DNA from: a virus
Reading direction: 5' to 3' (one strand)
Virus record (IMG/VR): IMGVR_UViG_3300028384_000422
Span: 19,858 to 83,857 of that record
DNA: 64,000 nt
Shown: in pieces, positions 36,906-45,639 of the stretch
Position numbering within the stretch: the first letter of the stretch is position 1
Layout: the number at the start of each line of letters is the position of its first letter
Made by a program: the position numbers and the translations under genes
The notes under the pieces: model-generated
Told to the model about the DNA's origin: nothing
Database searches by the model: none
The model's input: the letters and a program-made list of their open reading frames with translations, nothing else

Positions 36906-37262
36906 TCACTCAGACGGATAGGCGTTCTTAACACTCTTGAGAGCACCAAACCACCTAGATGTATCTTTGCCAGCGATTCTGCCCTCATCCATATCATGCC
37001 AGAGCAAATCTAATTGCTCTTCAACAGTAGGATAATCTAATCGTCTTGATAAATCATACGAAGGAGCAGGAAATGTTCTTTTACTGATAACTTCGGTCTC
37101 TTCACTATATTGATAATCAGGTGGTTGTAATCCTTCCTCAATAGTTTCAGGACCTTCCACCCATGTAAGTTCGGGAGTAACTTCAAATCTTACAGATTCG
37201 TCTCCTTCCTTAAACTCAATTACTTGTCCAGATGGACCGTGAACTAATGCTTGATATGCCAT
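36906..37262 (-). CDS. Putative tail-fibre assembly chaperone (118 aa)
   Basis: YDLSRRLDYPTVEEQLDLLWHD...VKNAYP motif typical of small genes after marine phage fibres; start reassigned to MAYQ. Confidence 0.6.
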   Translation of the reverse strand: MAYQALVHGPSGQVIEFKEGDESVRFEVTPELTWVEGPETIEEGLQPPDYQYSEETEVISKRTFPAPSYDLSRRLDYPTVEEQLDLLWHDMDEGRIAGKDTSRWFGALKSVKNAYPSE

Positions 37263-37267
37263 GAAAC

Positions 37268-38089
37268 TTAGGAATAATTGTATACGATAACGCAACCTGC
37301 ACCGCCGCGACTATTATTGTGTGCAAAACCATTCTGTGAATAGTAACCATAACCTCCACCAGATCCCCACTGACCATGGGTAATCTCTTCTTGGTTGTTA
37401 TAGTAATGGTGTGATGATCCTGCAGAGTGCCAGAATGATGATCCAGCACCACCTTCTCTGTTGTGACCGTGAGACATCTCACCACCACCGCCAGGTACAT
37501 TAATATCACCACCAGAAGCACTTCCGCCAGGTCCACCTTGGTGGGGAACATCAGTTTGTCCACCTTGTCCACCACCAGCAGTACAATAAGAACCGAAAGA
37601 TGAAGTGCCACCTGATGATCCCCTGCCACTATTTCTAGCATAACTACCACCAGCGCCGTAAGTATAAGCGACTGATGATACACCAGAGACATCAATCCAC
37701 TTGATAGCAGTAGCACCACCACCGCCACCTGCGCCACGGTAGCTGTTATCATTAACTCGTGCTCCACCACCACCGCCAGTGACATATACTAAAACATAAT
37801 TACATCCAGCAGGTTTTGTCCATGTTCCACTACCACCAGTAGTAGAGTTAGAGTTCCAAGTTCCATTCTGTGATGTATATACGTTCATGCCTAACAATCT
37901 ACCACCCATAGCAGCGGCAGCATAATTAGTACCATCGAACACCAATGCTTGCCCATTGGCAGCAGACATAACGTTGCTATGCACCCCAGGGACATCAGAT
38001 AGACTATTAATACCTGTAATTTGTGTAGTGGAATCACCCGTAAATGATGTAGTTCCAACATTCAAGGTTCCTACATTTAATTCTGACAT
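37268..38089 (-). CDS. Glycine-rich tail-fibre/adhesin-like protein
   Basis: SGTWTKPAGCNYVLVYVTGGGGG...GGAGCVIVYNY glycine-rich domain. Confidence 0.7.
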   Translation of the reverse strand: MSELNVGTLNVGTTSFTGDSTTQITGINSLSDVPGVHSNVMSAANGQALVFDGTNYAAAAMGGRLLGMNVYTSQNGTWNSNSTTGGSGTWTKPAGCNYVLVYVTGGGGGARVNDNSYRGAGGGGGATAIKWIDVSGVSSVAYTYGAGGSYARNSGRGSSGGTSSFGSYCTAGGGQGGQTDVPHQGGPGGSASGGDINVPGGGGEMSHGHNREGGAGSSFWHSAGSSHHYYNNQEEITHGQWGSGGGYGYYSQNGFAHNNSRGGAGCVIVYNYS

Positions 38090-38098
38090 GAATTATGT

Positions 38099-38434
38099 TT
38101 ATTCTTCACTCTTATTTATCTTCTTTACTTGTCTATTGCTCCAAAATGCCAACAGGATAATAGATGCATAAAAAATAGTATCATCCAACATCACAAGAAA
38201 GAAGATAACTGATCCACCATACTTGATAACATCAGGCAGAGGAGAGATTACCTTTGCAAAGAACTTACGATAGGATTTCTCAAACTTGAAATAACCAAGA
38301 GCACCAAGTGTGACCACAAACTCACTGTATGGAATTACAAAATACAATGACAAAATAATAAACAAGGGCCAATAATGTCTCTCAGGGATCTTAGCGACCA
38401 ATTTGACATAACGACCAATTAAATTCTTAAACAT
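38099..38434 (-). CDS. Small membrane protein
   Basis: Two hydrophobic hairpin-like segments; 8-nt overlap with the oxygenase. Confidence 0.6.
   Translation of the reverse strand: MFKNLIGRYVKLVAKIPERHYWPLFIILSLYFVIPYSEFVVTLGALGYFKFEKSYRKFFAKVISPLPDVIKYGGSVIFFLVMLDDTIFYASIILLAFWSNRQVKKINKSEE
38113..38119 (-). promoter_or_regulatory. Late promoter ATAAATA
   Basis: 23 nt upstream of the Gly-rich fibre start. Confidence 0.6.
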
Positions 38435-38924
38435 AATTTAGATTCAAAACCATACGATATTCATCAGTTGTAGATGTTCCTGTGTGCCTCATTGAGTTAG
38501 GAAACTCTACAAATCTATTGCCGACACTTTCTACTTTAGTGCCATCTTCAAACATTGTGTATCCATCACAGGTGTTCAAATAATAGATCGATGTCTTAAC
38601 ATAAGGGCGATCTTCTGCCTCTGTAATATCATTATGCAGTCCATGTTCAACAATACGATCCGTACCTGTCATAAAGTTTGCTTTTATCTTCACAATCGAC
38701 AGGGGTTGAATCTTATCAAGTAGAGGATAAATGACCTGCATATAATCTGTCTGTGGTGCATGATTTGTATAAAACATATGAATCATTTGAACATTTCTCT
38801 TGTAGTTCTGAGGACTATCACTGACAATCTTTGAACTAAACCAAGGGAAATTAAATGCTAACATCTGATTACGGATGTTATTATATGTTTGTTCAGGTAA
38901 GTAATTATCAATAACGTTGATCAT
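38427..38924 (-). CDS. 2OG-Fe(II) oxygenase family protein
   Basis: HGLHND...SIYYLNTCDGYT...NRFVEFPNSMRHTGTS...RMVLNLNY (HxD...H...R). Confidence 0.85.
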   Translation of the reverse strand: MINVIDNYLPEQTYNNIRNQMLAFNFPWFSSKIVSDSPQNYKRNVQMIHMFYTNHAPQTDYMQVIYPLLDKIQPLSIVKIKANFMTGTDRIVEHGLHNDITEAEDRPYVKTSIYYLNTCDGYTMFEDGTKVESVGNRFVEFPNSMRHTGTSTTDEYRMVLNLNYV

Positions 38925-40642
38925 TTTTCAACGACTGCAATATACAAACCATTCCACCAATCCTTGTCATCTTCTACGATCTCTGTCCTGATAATTCTGT
39001 CGTAAACAACATCTTTACCCTTCAAGAATTCTTTTGCGTTATCAACAGCACCATTAAAGTTTGCATCATCAACAACTAAGATGTATGAATCTTCTGCTTG
39101 ATTGTGAATATGTTCTAAGTTAGGAATCATATTGTCTTCAATCTCTGCATCATAGAAGATAACATTAGGTTTGAAGTCTGGATTAAACTCCATCTGTAGG
39201 ATAGGTTTAACACAGAAACCAACTGAACAATCTGTATTGAAATACTTCTCAGCGTTCTGAATAAACTCATCGATAGGATTATCAATGGTATATTTGTCAA
39301 ATAGATTCTTATTTTTAGGACGAATACATCCTTCAGAGAAATCATCAATAGCATATGCTTTTACTGCCTCGTTACCCATCAGAGCAGCAAACAACGTGCT
39401 GCCTGTGTAACAACCAACATCTGCATAGATTGTACCACGCTCTGAACATAGATTGTTCAAGAAATGTCTAACTTTATTAGAAGACAGACCAAGAACATTA
39501 TATCCATCGGGTTTGAAGTTGGAGTTATCGTCCACAGCATTATCAATGGCACGGATGACTCTATCTACCAGAGGATTCATTTCACGCTTTTGTTTCTTCA
39601 GTCGGAATTCTACCACAGTTTCACAATAGTTACAATCCCAACAGTCAAACTTACATGTCTTGATCTTTTCACGCCATTTGTTGATAGGTGCATCGGGCAT
39701 ATCAACATCCTGCATGTAATCCTTAAACTCAGGATACATTAAACTACAAGTGGGATCATCCCATCGCTTAATAAGATCCATGGACTCTAATAGTCGCATA
39801 GTATCTTCTCTACCATGTAGTTTGAATACGTCAATAACATCTAAGAATTCTTTCCAATCACTCTTCCATGGGGGAAGATTAGCAACCTTAAGTTCATGTG
39901 CAGGATCAACTGCGTCCCATCGTGAACATGAAATACGACTGATTTCACTGTTGAAGTATTGCGGTTCTGTTCCTTGTCGTGTGCTGTTGTACTGATAATG
40001 TTCAGGCATGATAGGACAACCACCCCAACAATGTTCATTAGCAAGTAATGACAACTCTATAGGAGTTCCTTTCTCTGCACAATATTCTTTTGCTTGTTTG
40101 ATACGATCCAATGCTTCTCTGTCTCGCATAACATCACGATCCAGATTAATATAATTGAATCCAGCACTAGCGAGAGTGACAATCTCGTTAGGTTTGACTA
40201 CCTCACGAATAATAGTATTCTTGATCTTTAGTTCAGGATATTCTTTTTGGATTTGTCCTGTCATCACCCATGATGTATGAGGAATAGTTGCAGTCCTAAC
40301 ACCAGCATCATACAAGAACTTAAAGTTTTTAATAAACTCATCTAAGTTCTTTTGATCTGGACGCACCCAGATGTTATTAAACGTAGCAGACAAAGGAATA
40401 CCAGTCTTCTCACCAATCACCAGAGCATTGATAGCAACCTGCTGTGCATCTGTCTCTGTACGAAATACATCACCCATCGCATCTTGCGAGAATGGTGGCA
40501 TCCTAGAGGTGAAATATAGATCGTAAATTAGATGTTGATGCTGTAAAAGGAAGGGGACTAACCCTTCCTCAATATAATCAAGATCCAGTTTCGGATTTAT
40601 CGGAAGACTGAAGATAGCGGTCTTCAACGTTGTTGTTTGCAT
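38921..40642 (-). CDS. Fusion of a peptidase-U32-like (Fe-S hydroxylase family) domain and a class I SAM-dependent methyltransferase
   Basis: INLDRDVMRD, LLANEHCWGGCP, SRISC, VFKLHGRE, CKFDCWDCNYC; C-term YADVGCYTGSTL, AIDDFS, VIFYDA, VVDDANF. Confidence 0.7.
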   Translation of the reverse strand: MQTTTLKTAIFSLPINPKLDLDYIEEGLVPFLLQHQHLIYDLYFTSRMPPFSQDAMGDVFRTETDAQQVAINALVIGEKTGIPLSATFNNIWVRPDQKNLDEFIKNFKFLYDAGVRTATIPHTSWVMTGQIQKEYPELKIKNTIIREVVKPNEIVTLASAGFNYINLDRDVMRDREALDRIKQAKEYCAEKGTPIELSLLANEHCWGGCPIMPEHYQYNSTRQGTEPQYFNSEISRISCSRWDAVDPAHELKVANLPPWKSDWKEFLDVIDVFKLHGREDTMRLLESMDLIKRWDDPTCSLMYPEFKDYMQDVDMPDAPINKWREKIKTCKFDCWDCNYCETVVEFRLKKQKREMNPLVDRVIRAIDNAVDDNSNFKPDGYNVLGLSSNKVRHFLNNLCSERGTIYADVGCYTGSTLFAALMGNEAVKAYAIDDFSEGCIRPKNKNLFDKYTIDNPIDEFIQNAEKYFNTDCSVGFCVKPILQMEFNPDFKPNVIFYDAEIEDNMIPNLEHIHNQAEDSYILVVDDANFNGAVDNAKEFLKGKDVVYDRIIRTEIVEDDKDWWNGLYIAVVEK

Positions 40643-41465
40643 AATCAGTTAATACTCCAGAGGTGTCAAACATTTGAGGTCCTTGACCTTTTAACATATT
40701 CTCTACTTTTTCTTCTGCTGCTGCTTTAATCTTACCGACATTGATATTCATAGCAGTAGAATATGTCATTGCCAGATCAGTCACTGCTGCTTGATCTTCA
40801 GGACTCATCATAAGCATACTATCTAGATTGCCTGCTTGAATCCTACCAGTGGTAAGAAGATCGATGGAGCATTGTTTTGCTAAACGAGCAATCCAATATT
40901 TAACCTCTTCACCTTCCTCATTTTCTTTTGCGAGGATGGTTGCCTTGAGTGTCTCCAGATCTTCGAGATCAACATTCTCTCCTGTGCGCTCTTTGATGAT
41001 ACGCAACAGACCTTCAATCTCTCTCTTACACTGACGCAGTTTGTTGTGCCATACTTGTTTATCGAGAAGCAAAATCTCGATTTCATATTCTTTATCTTGC
41101 TTGAAATATGGATCTTCCTCAGTCTCTATTTCATGGCGAATTCTAGCGATATCGTTGAGTGTTCGCTTATATGAAATGGTTACTTTCTGGAGAGCATTAA
41201 ATCGCGTCTGGATCTCCATAATTGCTTGACGCATTTGACGCCAAGGTGTTACCTGTGAGTTAACAACAAAATATTTGTTTTGATAATCAGTTTGACCAAA
41301 GAATTGAGAATCACTCCATCCGACCAATCCTTCATCAAAATCAGATAAGACCCAGGGATCAATGTTCTCTAGGTCTTCGATTGTTTTAGATAAAGGCAGT
41401 CTCTCAGAATCTAATTCCGTACTCAAAAGGTTCTTTTCTGACGATGAGTCCGTCTTCATTTTCAA
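40578..41465 (-). CDS. Helical/coiled-coil hypothetical protein of the fibre module
   Basis: ORF track; QTDYQNKYFVVNSQVTPWRQMRQAIMEI; overlaps both neighbours. Confidence 0.75.
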   Translation of the reverse strand: MKMKTDSSSEKNLLSTELDSERLPLSKTIEDLENIDPWVLSDFDEGLVGWSDSQFFGQTDYQNKYFVVNSQVTPWRQMRQAIMEIQTRFNALQKVTISYKRTLNDIARIRHEIETEEDPYFKQDKEYEIEILLLDKQVWHNKLRQCKREIEGLLRIIKERTGENVDLEDLETLKATILAKENEEGEEVKYWIARLAKQCSIDLLTTGRIQAGNLDSMLMMSPEDQAAVTDLAMTYSTAMNINVGKIKAAAEEKVENMLKGQGPQMFDTSGVLTDYANNNVEDRYLQSSDKSETGS

Positions 41466-42159
41466 TACACCTACCGTAATTTAGACATTGTTGATTTGAC
41501 ATTGAGATTCCGAAGTAATCTTCTAGGAATACATTGACATCAGCGACATTTGTGATTGCTTTTAATTTAACAATCAACGTCTGTTCTGCAACAGCGAGAT
41601 CAAAAAGTTTGCCTTTCCACTCACCCTGTTTCTCGACAACTTTACCAGCAAACTGTTCAGTTGTCAACCCACGAAGTTCTGCTAACCTATGAATTAACTT
41701 AGTTTCGTGACTATTGTCTGCCAAATATGCTTGAGATTCTGCAAGTTGGTCTCCCCACGTTGCATCTTCAAGACTACTATATGTAGCACGGAGTTCTTGA
41801 TATCTTTTTTCAAATACTTCTTGCACTGCTAATGCAACTACTTTCTTCATGAAAGGCAATGTATATTGCTGCTGAATAGCAGAATCAACTGCTACTTTAT
41901 CTTTTTGTGTAGTCCCTTCTTCACTCTCACCATACTCAGATCTTTCTGCTCTGTATTCACCCCAGTATCTCTGACCAAAGGTGCCAGTCTTATAATCAAA
42001 TCTAAGATAATGAATGTATTGAGGAATATATTGGAAGTATTGATCTTCCAATTCAAAGACTTCTAGACCTAAGAAGTCACCAATTCTTGTACCCCAGACT
42101 TTAATCTGAGGCCATTTCTCTTCATCGAGAACGATAATATCGGGATTAGTAGTTGCCAT
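41404..42159 (-). CDS. Tail-fibre-assembly-like protein
   Basis: YSSLEDATWGDQLAESQAY...LAELRGLTTEQFAGKVVEK resembles fibre chaperone domains. Confidence 0.6.
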   Translation of the reverse strand: MATTNPDIIVLDEEKWPQIKVWGTRIGDFLGLEVFELEDQYFQYIPQYIHYLRFDYKTGTFGQRYWGEYRAERSEYGESEEGTTQKDKVAVDSAIQQQYTLPFMKKVVALAVQEVFEKRYQELRATYSSLEDATWGDQLAESQAYLADNSHETKLIHRLAELRGLTTEQFAGKVVEKQGEWKGKLFDLAVAEQTLIVKLKAITNVADVNVFLEDYFGISMSNQQCLNYGRCIENEDGLIVRKEPFEYGIRF

Positions 42160-43553
42160 CAGAAGTTAGGAATAGTTGTGCCGTAGTTGTATTGTGCGAC
42201 GCCATTGTCATCAACACCAGAAATAGCAGATGCAGAAGAACAATGAGCAGAACTCATGCCACCATGACCAGTCGGAGGTGAAGATCCACCAAGGTTAGTA
42301 ACACCATCAGTTTGATAGTTCACCTTGAAGGTGTTGTTATTCTGAGAACCATTATAGTTACCCAAGCAATAACCTTTCCTCATTCCAATTTCAAAGTTTT
42401 CCTCACCCATTCTACCGAAGTCAATACCTCTAACCTGAATACCTGATGTATCATCACACTTTTGATTGCCATTCTGGTTATTGTTACCAGTTCCAACATA
42501 CATGTGACCTAACATAGTACCAAGAATTTTCTTCCATCCATCACCACCAGGTCCATGGTTCCAACTAACCCAAGATTCAGTCTTAAATGTCATTGCTTGA
42601 CGTGTGCCACCACGCTTATACCATCCTTTTGTTCTAGAGTTACCACCCCATGTAGGGTCATCACCACCATCACCATGGTTAGGAGGGAATCCAGATGTTC
42701 TCATAACCTCTGTAACAACATTAAATGCATCAGTTCTAGCGTTACCACCACCCTGTAGATAGGATATTCCACCAGAATGTTCATAATCTTGGAATGAACC
42801 CATCGATCCTCTGTTAACAGTCATATCCCAAGAGTTTTGGTGTGAGATACCAGATTCAGAGGTCATACTGAAACCAGACGTATAGTTAGAAGAACCTCTA
42901 TAAGTGTTCTCCATAGAATGGAAGAAGTGTCTATTATCCGAGAAAGATCCTGCCATATAAGCACCAGATCTATCAAGAGTATCACCTAAGTTTGATGATG
43001 TATCTGTAGCATGAACAGTTCTATTGACGTTTCTCCATGGTGAACCACTTTGATATCCACCACCAACATATCCATGGGTCCAAATTCTTGCCAATCCCCA
43101 ATCATTTAGGACACCTTCAAAAGACCAATATGCTTCAGTTCCATTGGATTTAAGGACAGCACCCTGAGAATAATCAACACTAAATCTATCGGTAGATTGA
43201 TTCGGTGTTCCTCCACCGCTACCAGCAATAGGTCCCCATTCGGGTTGATTTGTGCTGCTATTTAAGGAATATCCCTCAAACGTGCCATCAGTTGTATTAT
43301 ATCGGAACATACCTTGAACAGGTGTTCCAGGGCGTTGAGCAGTTGTACCAACGGGAACAACAACACTACCCGTTCCAGAAATATCTAAGTTTGATCGCGG
43401 ATTTGTAGTGTTAATACCAACTTCATTATTCGCACTATCGACATACAGCGTGCCCGAATCAAAGTTAAAATTGCCACTAGATTCCAACTGGAATTGTGCC
43501 GTTCCGCCACCACCACTTAAAGAAACTACTCTATCTACATTAAGTTGGGACAT
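42159..43553 (-). CDS. Fibre-like protein with a C-terminal Kelch-like beta-propeller
   Basis: Shared PVGTTAQRP...GMFRYN stalk; repeated GY/W-x-x-GG blades. Confidence 0.65.
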   Translation of the reverse strand: MSQLNVDRVVSLSGGGGTAQFQLESSGNFNFDSGTLYVDSANNEVGINTTNPRSNLDISGTGSVVVPVGTTAQRPGTPVQGMFRYNTTDGTFEGYSLNSSTNQPEWGPIAGSGGGTPNQSTDRFSVDYSQGAVLKSNGTEAYWSFEGVLNDWGLARIWTHGYVGGGYQSGSPWRNVNRTVHATDTSSNLGDTLDRSGAYMAGSFSDNRHFFHSMENTYRGSSNYTSGFSMTSESGISHQNSWDMTVNRGSMGSFQDYEHSGGISYLQGGGNARTDAFNVVTEVMRTSGFPPNHGDGGDDPTWGGNSRTKGWYKRGGTRQAMTFKTESWVSWNHGPGGDGWKKILGTMLGHMYVGTGNNNQNGNQKCDDTSGIQVRGIDFGRMGEENFEIGMRKGYCLGNYNGSQNNNTFKVNYQTDGVTNLGGSSPPTGHGGMSSAHCSSASAISGVDDNGVAQYNYGTTIPNF

Positions 43554-43575
43554 ACCTAGTCTTGTACCTTCGTAT

Positions 43576-43582
43576 TATTTAT
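43576..43582 (-). promoter_or_regulatory. Late promoter ATAAATA
   Basis: In the 28-nt gap before the 464-aa gene. Confidence 0.7.
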
Positions 43583-44598
43583 CAGATATCGAAATCATCT
43601 TTGTAGTAATTATAGATCTGCGTTCTTTCCGCCTCTGTAATATGTCTATTGTAATACATGAACACAGGGAAAGAACCGCAGTTCTGAGATGAACTATGAG
43701 GGTTTCTATCACCCTGACCCCATGCACCTACATGGTGAAATCCTCTATTAAATTGTGCATTTCCATTGTTAATGGTTGCTCTAGCACTTGCCTCGTCATT
43801 CAAATAACATTGATAGCAAGGAGAATACTGACCAGAAGTATAGTTAGATAATCTCCAAGTATACATGTTGAACTTACTATCCCAGTTAGGGAATTGATCA
43901 ATATCATATCCACTATCTTGGAAACCAGCATTATTGTTATCATACATGCCTAGACTTCTACCGCCGTCTTGCACAATAATCTGATGGTCGGCATCACGAG
44001 AACGCAAAGGTGTCCTCCACTGACTATTGTCTGTTCTCCACTTCAAGAAGAAAACAACACTAACAGCAGGAAAATACGGGACATCAATGTAATTGGAATG
44101 TGAGAACTTAGCACATCCAGAACCATTCACTGAGAAGTCCATGAACTTAACAGTTTCATTATTGATAGTCTCACTAGCGTATCTATCAGTAGGAATACTG
44201 AAGTGATAGTTTGATCCCGAAATATCATACCAATAATTAGCATCCTGATCGCTTGAATTAGGTTTCAATGATGCAGGATTATTAGCATCCAACCAAATAA
44301 CAAGTCCTCTTCTAGGTACGTCACCAACAACACCAGCAGCAGCAGTCTCGGGTTGCATCAAATTTTTCCATGATCCACCATCATATCCTTCTACAACACC
44401 TAAATCAGAATTATATCTGATCATTCCAGCAGCAGGAGTTGTAGGTCTCTGCGCTGTAGTCCCTACAGGAAGTTTTAATCCTGAACTATCATCAATAGCA
44501 AGATTACCTCTAATATTCAAATGAGCACTAGATGGCATCTTAATCCTGAACTTATGATCAGAATCAGCAGTAATTTTATTTACTTTAATAATACTCAT
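43582..44598 (-). CDS. Fibre-like protein with a LamG/ConA-like lectin domain
   Basis: PVGTTAQRP stalk; GLVIWLDA...WYDISG...YYNRHITEAE. Confidence 0.7.
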   Translation of the reverse strand: MSIIKVNKITADSDHKFRIKMPSSAHLNIRGNLAIDDSSGLKLPVGTTAQRPTTPAAGMIRYNSDLGVVEGYDGGSWKNLMQPETAAAGVVGDVPRRGLVIWLDANNPASLKPNSSDQDANYWYDISGSNYHFSIPTDRYASETINNETVKFMDFSVNGSGCAKFSHSNYIDVPYFPAVSVVFFLKWRTDNSQWRTPLRSRDADHQIIVQDGGRSLGMYDNNNAGFQDSGYDIDQFPNWDSKFNMYTWRLSNYTSGQYSPCYQCYLNDEASARATINNGNAQFNRGFHHVGAWGQGDRNPHSSSQNCGSFPVFMYYNRHITEAERTQIYNYYKDDFDI

Positions 44599-45638
44599 CG
44601 TATGAAGAAATATCCTGGGTTTAAGTTGTTGCTGCCTGTAAATGATGCAGATCCGCCATAGATACCACGACCAGAGTTGGAACCAGTATAACCATAGAGG
44701 ACTCTATTTACACCATAACGAGATGTTTGAAAACTTGATGGATTTGAGTGATAATCAAATACTTTGTATTGATCATTAAACAATCTAATATGATCATGAC
44801 CACCAGGTCTTTCCCAGTTATAGGGATAAACATGGGAGACACTAAATGTGCCTTCACGGCGATCACCTTGGCGACCATCTCCACCAGTATTTGTTGAACT
44901 GAAGTAATGAATACCGTTATTCATACGAATGAACGATGCATAACGCCAGTTACTAGTTTGTCCGCCATTATATGTATCGTATACACCACCAGGAGGATAT
45001 GCTCCATTTTGTGCAATTCTTATATTAATAGTTTCAGCACCACCATTAGCAAATGATCCTAAATCAACAATAAATCTATCATCCCAACGACGACCATCAC
45101 TAGTGCTATATCCTGTTCCTGAGTGTGGAACATATTGTACTGCTCTACCATCAATGGTTTGATTATACAGATTATTTGATTCAAATGTAGACCAATGATT
45201 TGTAGTATTAGATCCAATCGTTTTTACTAAAACCCATCCACCATCATAGTTTGTGTTATCAACAAAACAATATCTTGGTTCGTCATATCCAATAGGAGCA
45301 ATCCAATAATATCCATCACTTAGTCCTGCTTCTTTAAGATCAATACCATTCCTAGCAGGATTTTCAAAGGATCCTATTGTGCCACCAGCAGCGCCACCAC
45401 CGAGTGCCTGCCAAACTCCAACATAAATTTCAAACGCTGATGCATCTGTATTGAAACGTAGTGCTCCCATAGGAGGAGAAGCAGGTCTCGATGCAGTATT
45501 TCCTGATGGAAGTGTATGCGCTCCAGTATGATCGAAGCGAAGATTACCTTCTAATTCTAAGGTATGACCTTGAGTAACATCAACTTGATTAATTGATGCG
45601 GCAATACCACTTAATTCTGATAGTGTTAACTGACTCAT
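44595..45638 (-). CDS. Fibre-like protein with a fibrinogen-C-like domain
   Basis: PSGNTASRP stalk; NPARN...DGYYWI...YCFVD...GGWVLV. Confidence 0.7.
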   Translation of the reverse strand: MSQLTLSELSGIAASINQVDVTQGHTLELEGNLRFDHTGAHTLPSGNTASRPASPPMGALRFNTDASAFEIYVGVWQALGGGAAGGTIGSFENPARNGIDLKEAGLSDGYYWIAPIGYDEPRYCFVDNTNYDGGWVLVKTIGSNTTNHWSTFESNNLYNQTIDGRAVQYVPHSGTGYSTSDGRRWDDRFIVDLGSFANGGAETINIRIAQNGAYPPGGVYDTYNGGQTSNWRYASFIRMNNGIHYFSSTNTGGDGRQGDRREGTFSVSHVYPYNWERPGGHDHIRLFNDQYKVFDYHSNPSSFQTSRYGVNRVLYGYTGSNSGRGIYGGSASFTGSNNLNPGYFFIR

Positions 45639-45639
45639 T

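Larger units (their letters stand above)
28474..36909. repeat. Eight copies of an early-promoter motif GTGnCAs-N8-sTGnCAC (28474, 30157, 30818, 31561, 32679, 33123, 34652, 36888)
   Basis: Each copy lies at a gene boundary upstream of a -10-like hexamer; 31560-31585 and 33122-33147 are identical over 26 bp (24-bp variant of the motif). Confidence 0.8.

Noticed and set aside
28474-36909. Repeated 22-26 bp elements as a CRISPR array
   Set aside because: Spacing is hundreds to thousands of bp, copies are degenerate and promoter-associated, and no cas genes are present
37216-37785. 189-aa alternative-frame ORF within the Gly-rich fibre gene
   Set aside because: Val-rich by-product of GGT repeats read in another frame
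38921-40642. Radical SAM assignment from the CxxxCxxC in CKFDCWDCNYC
   Set aside because: The motif lies at the C-terminal end of the domain with a fourth Cys, not at a barrel N-terminus; other motifs fit U32 better
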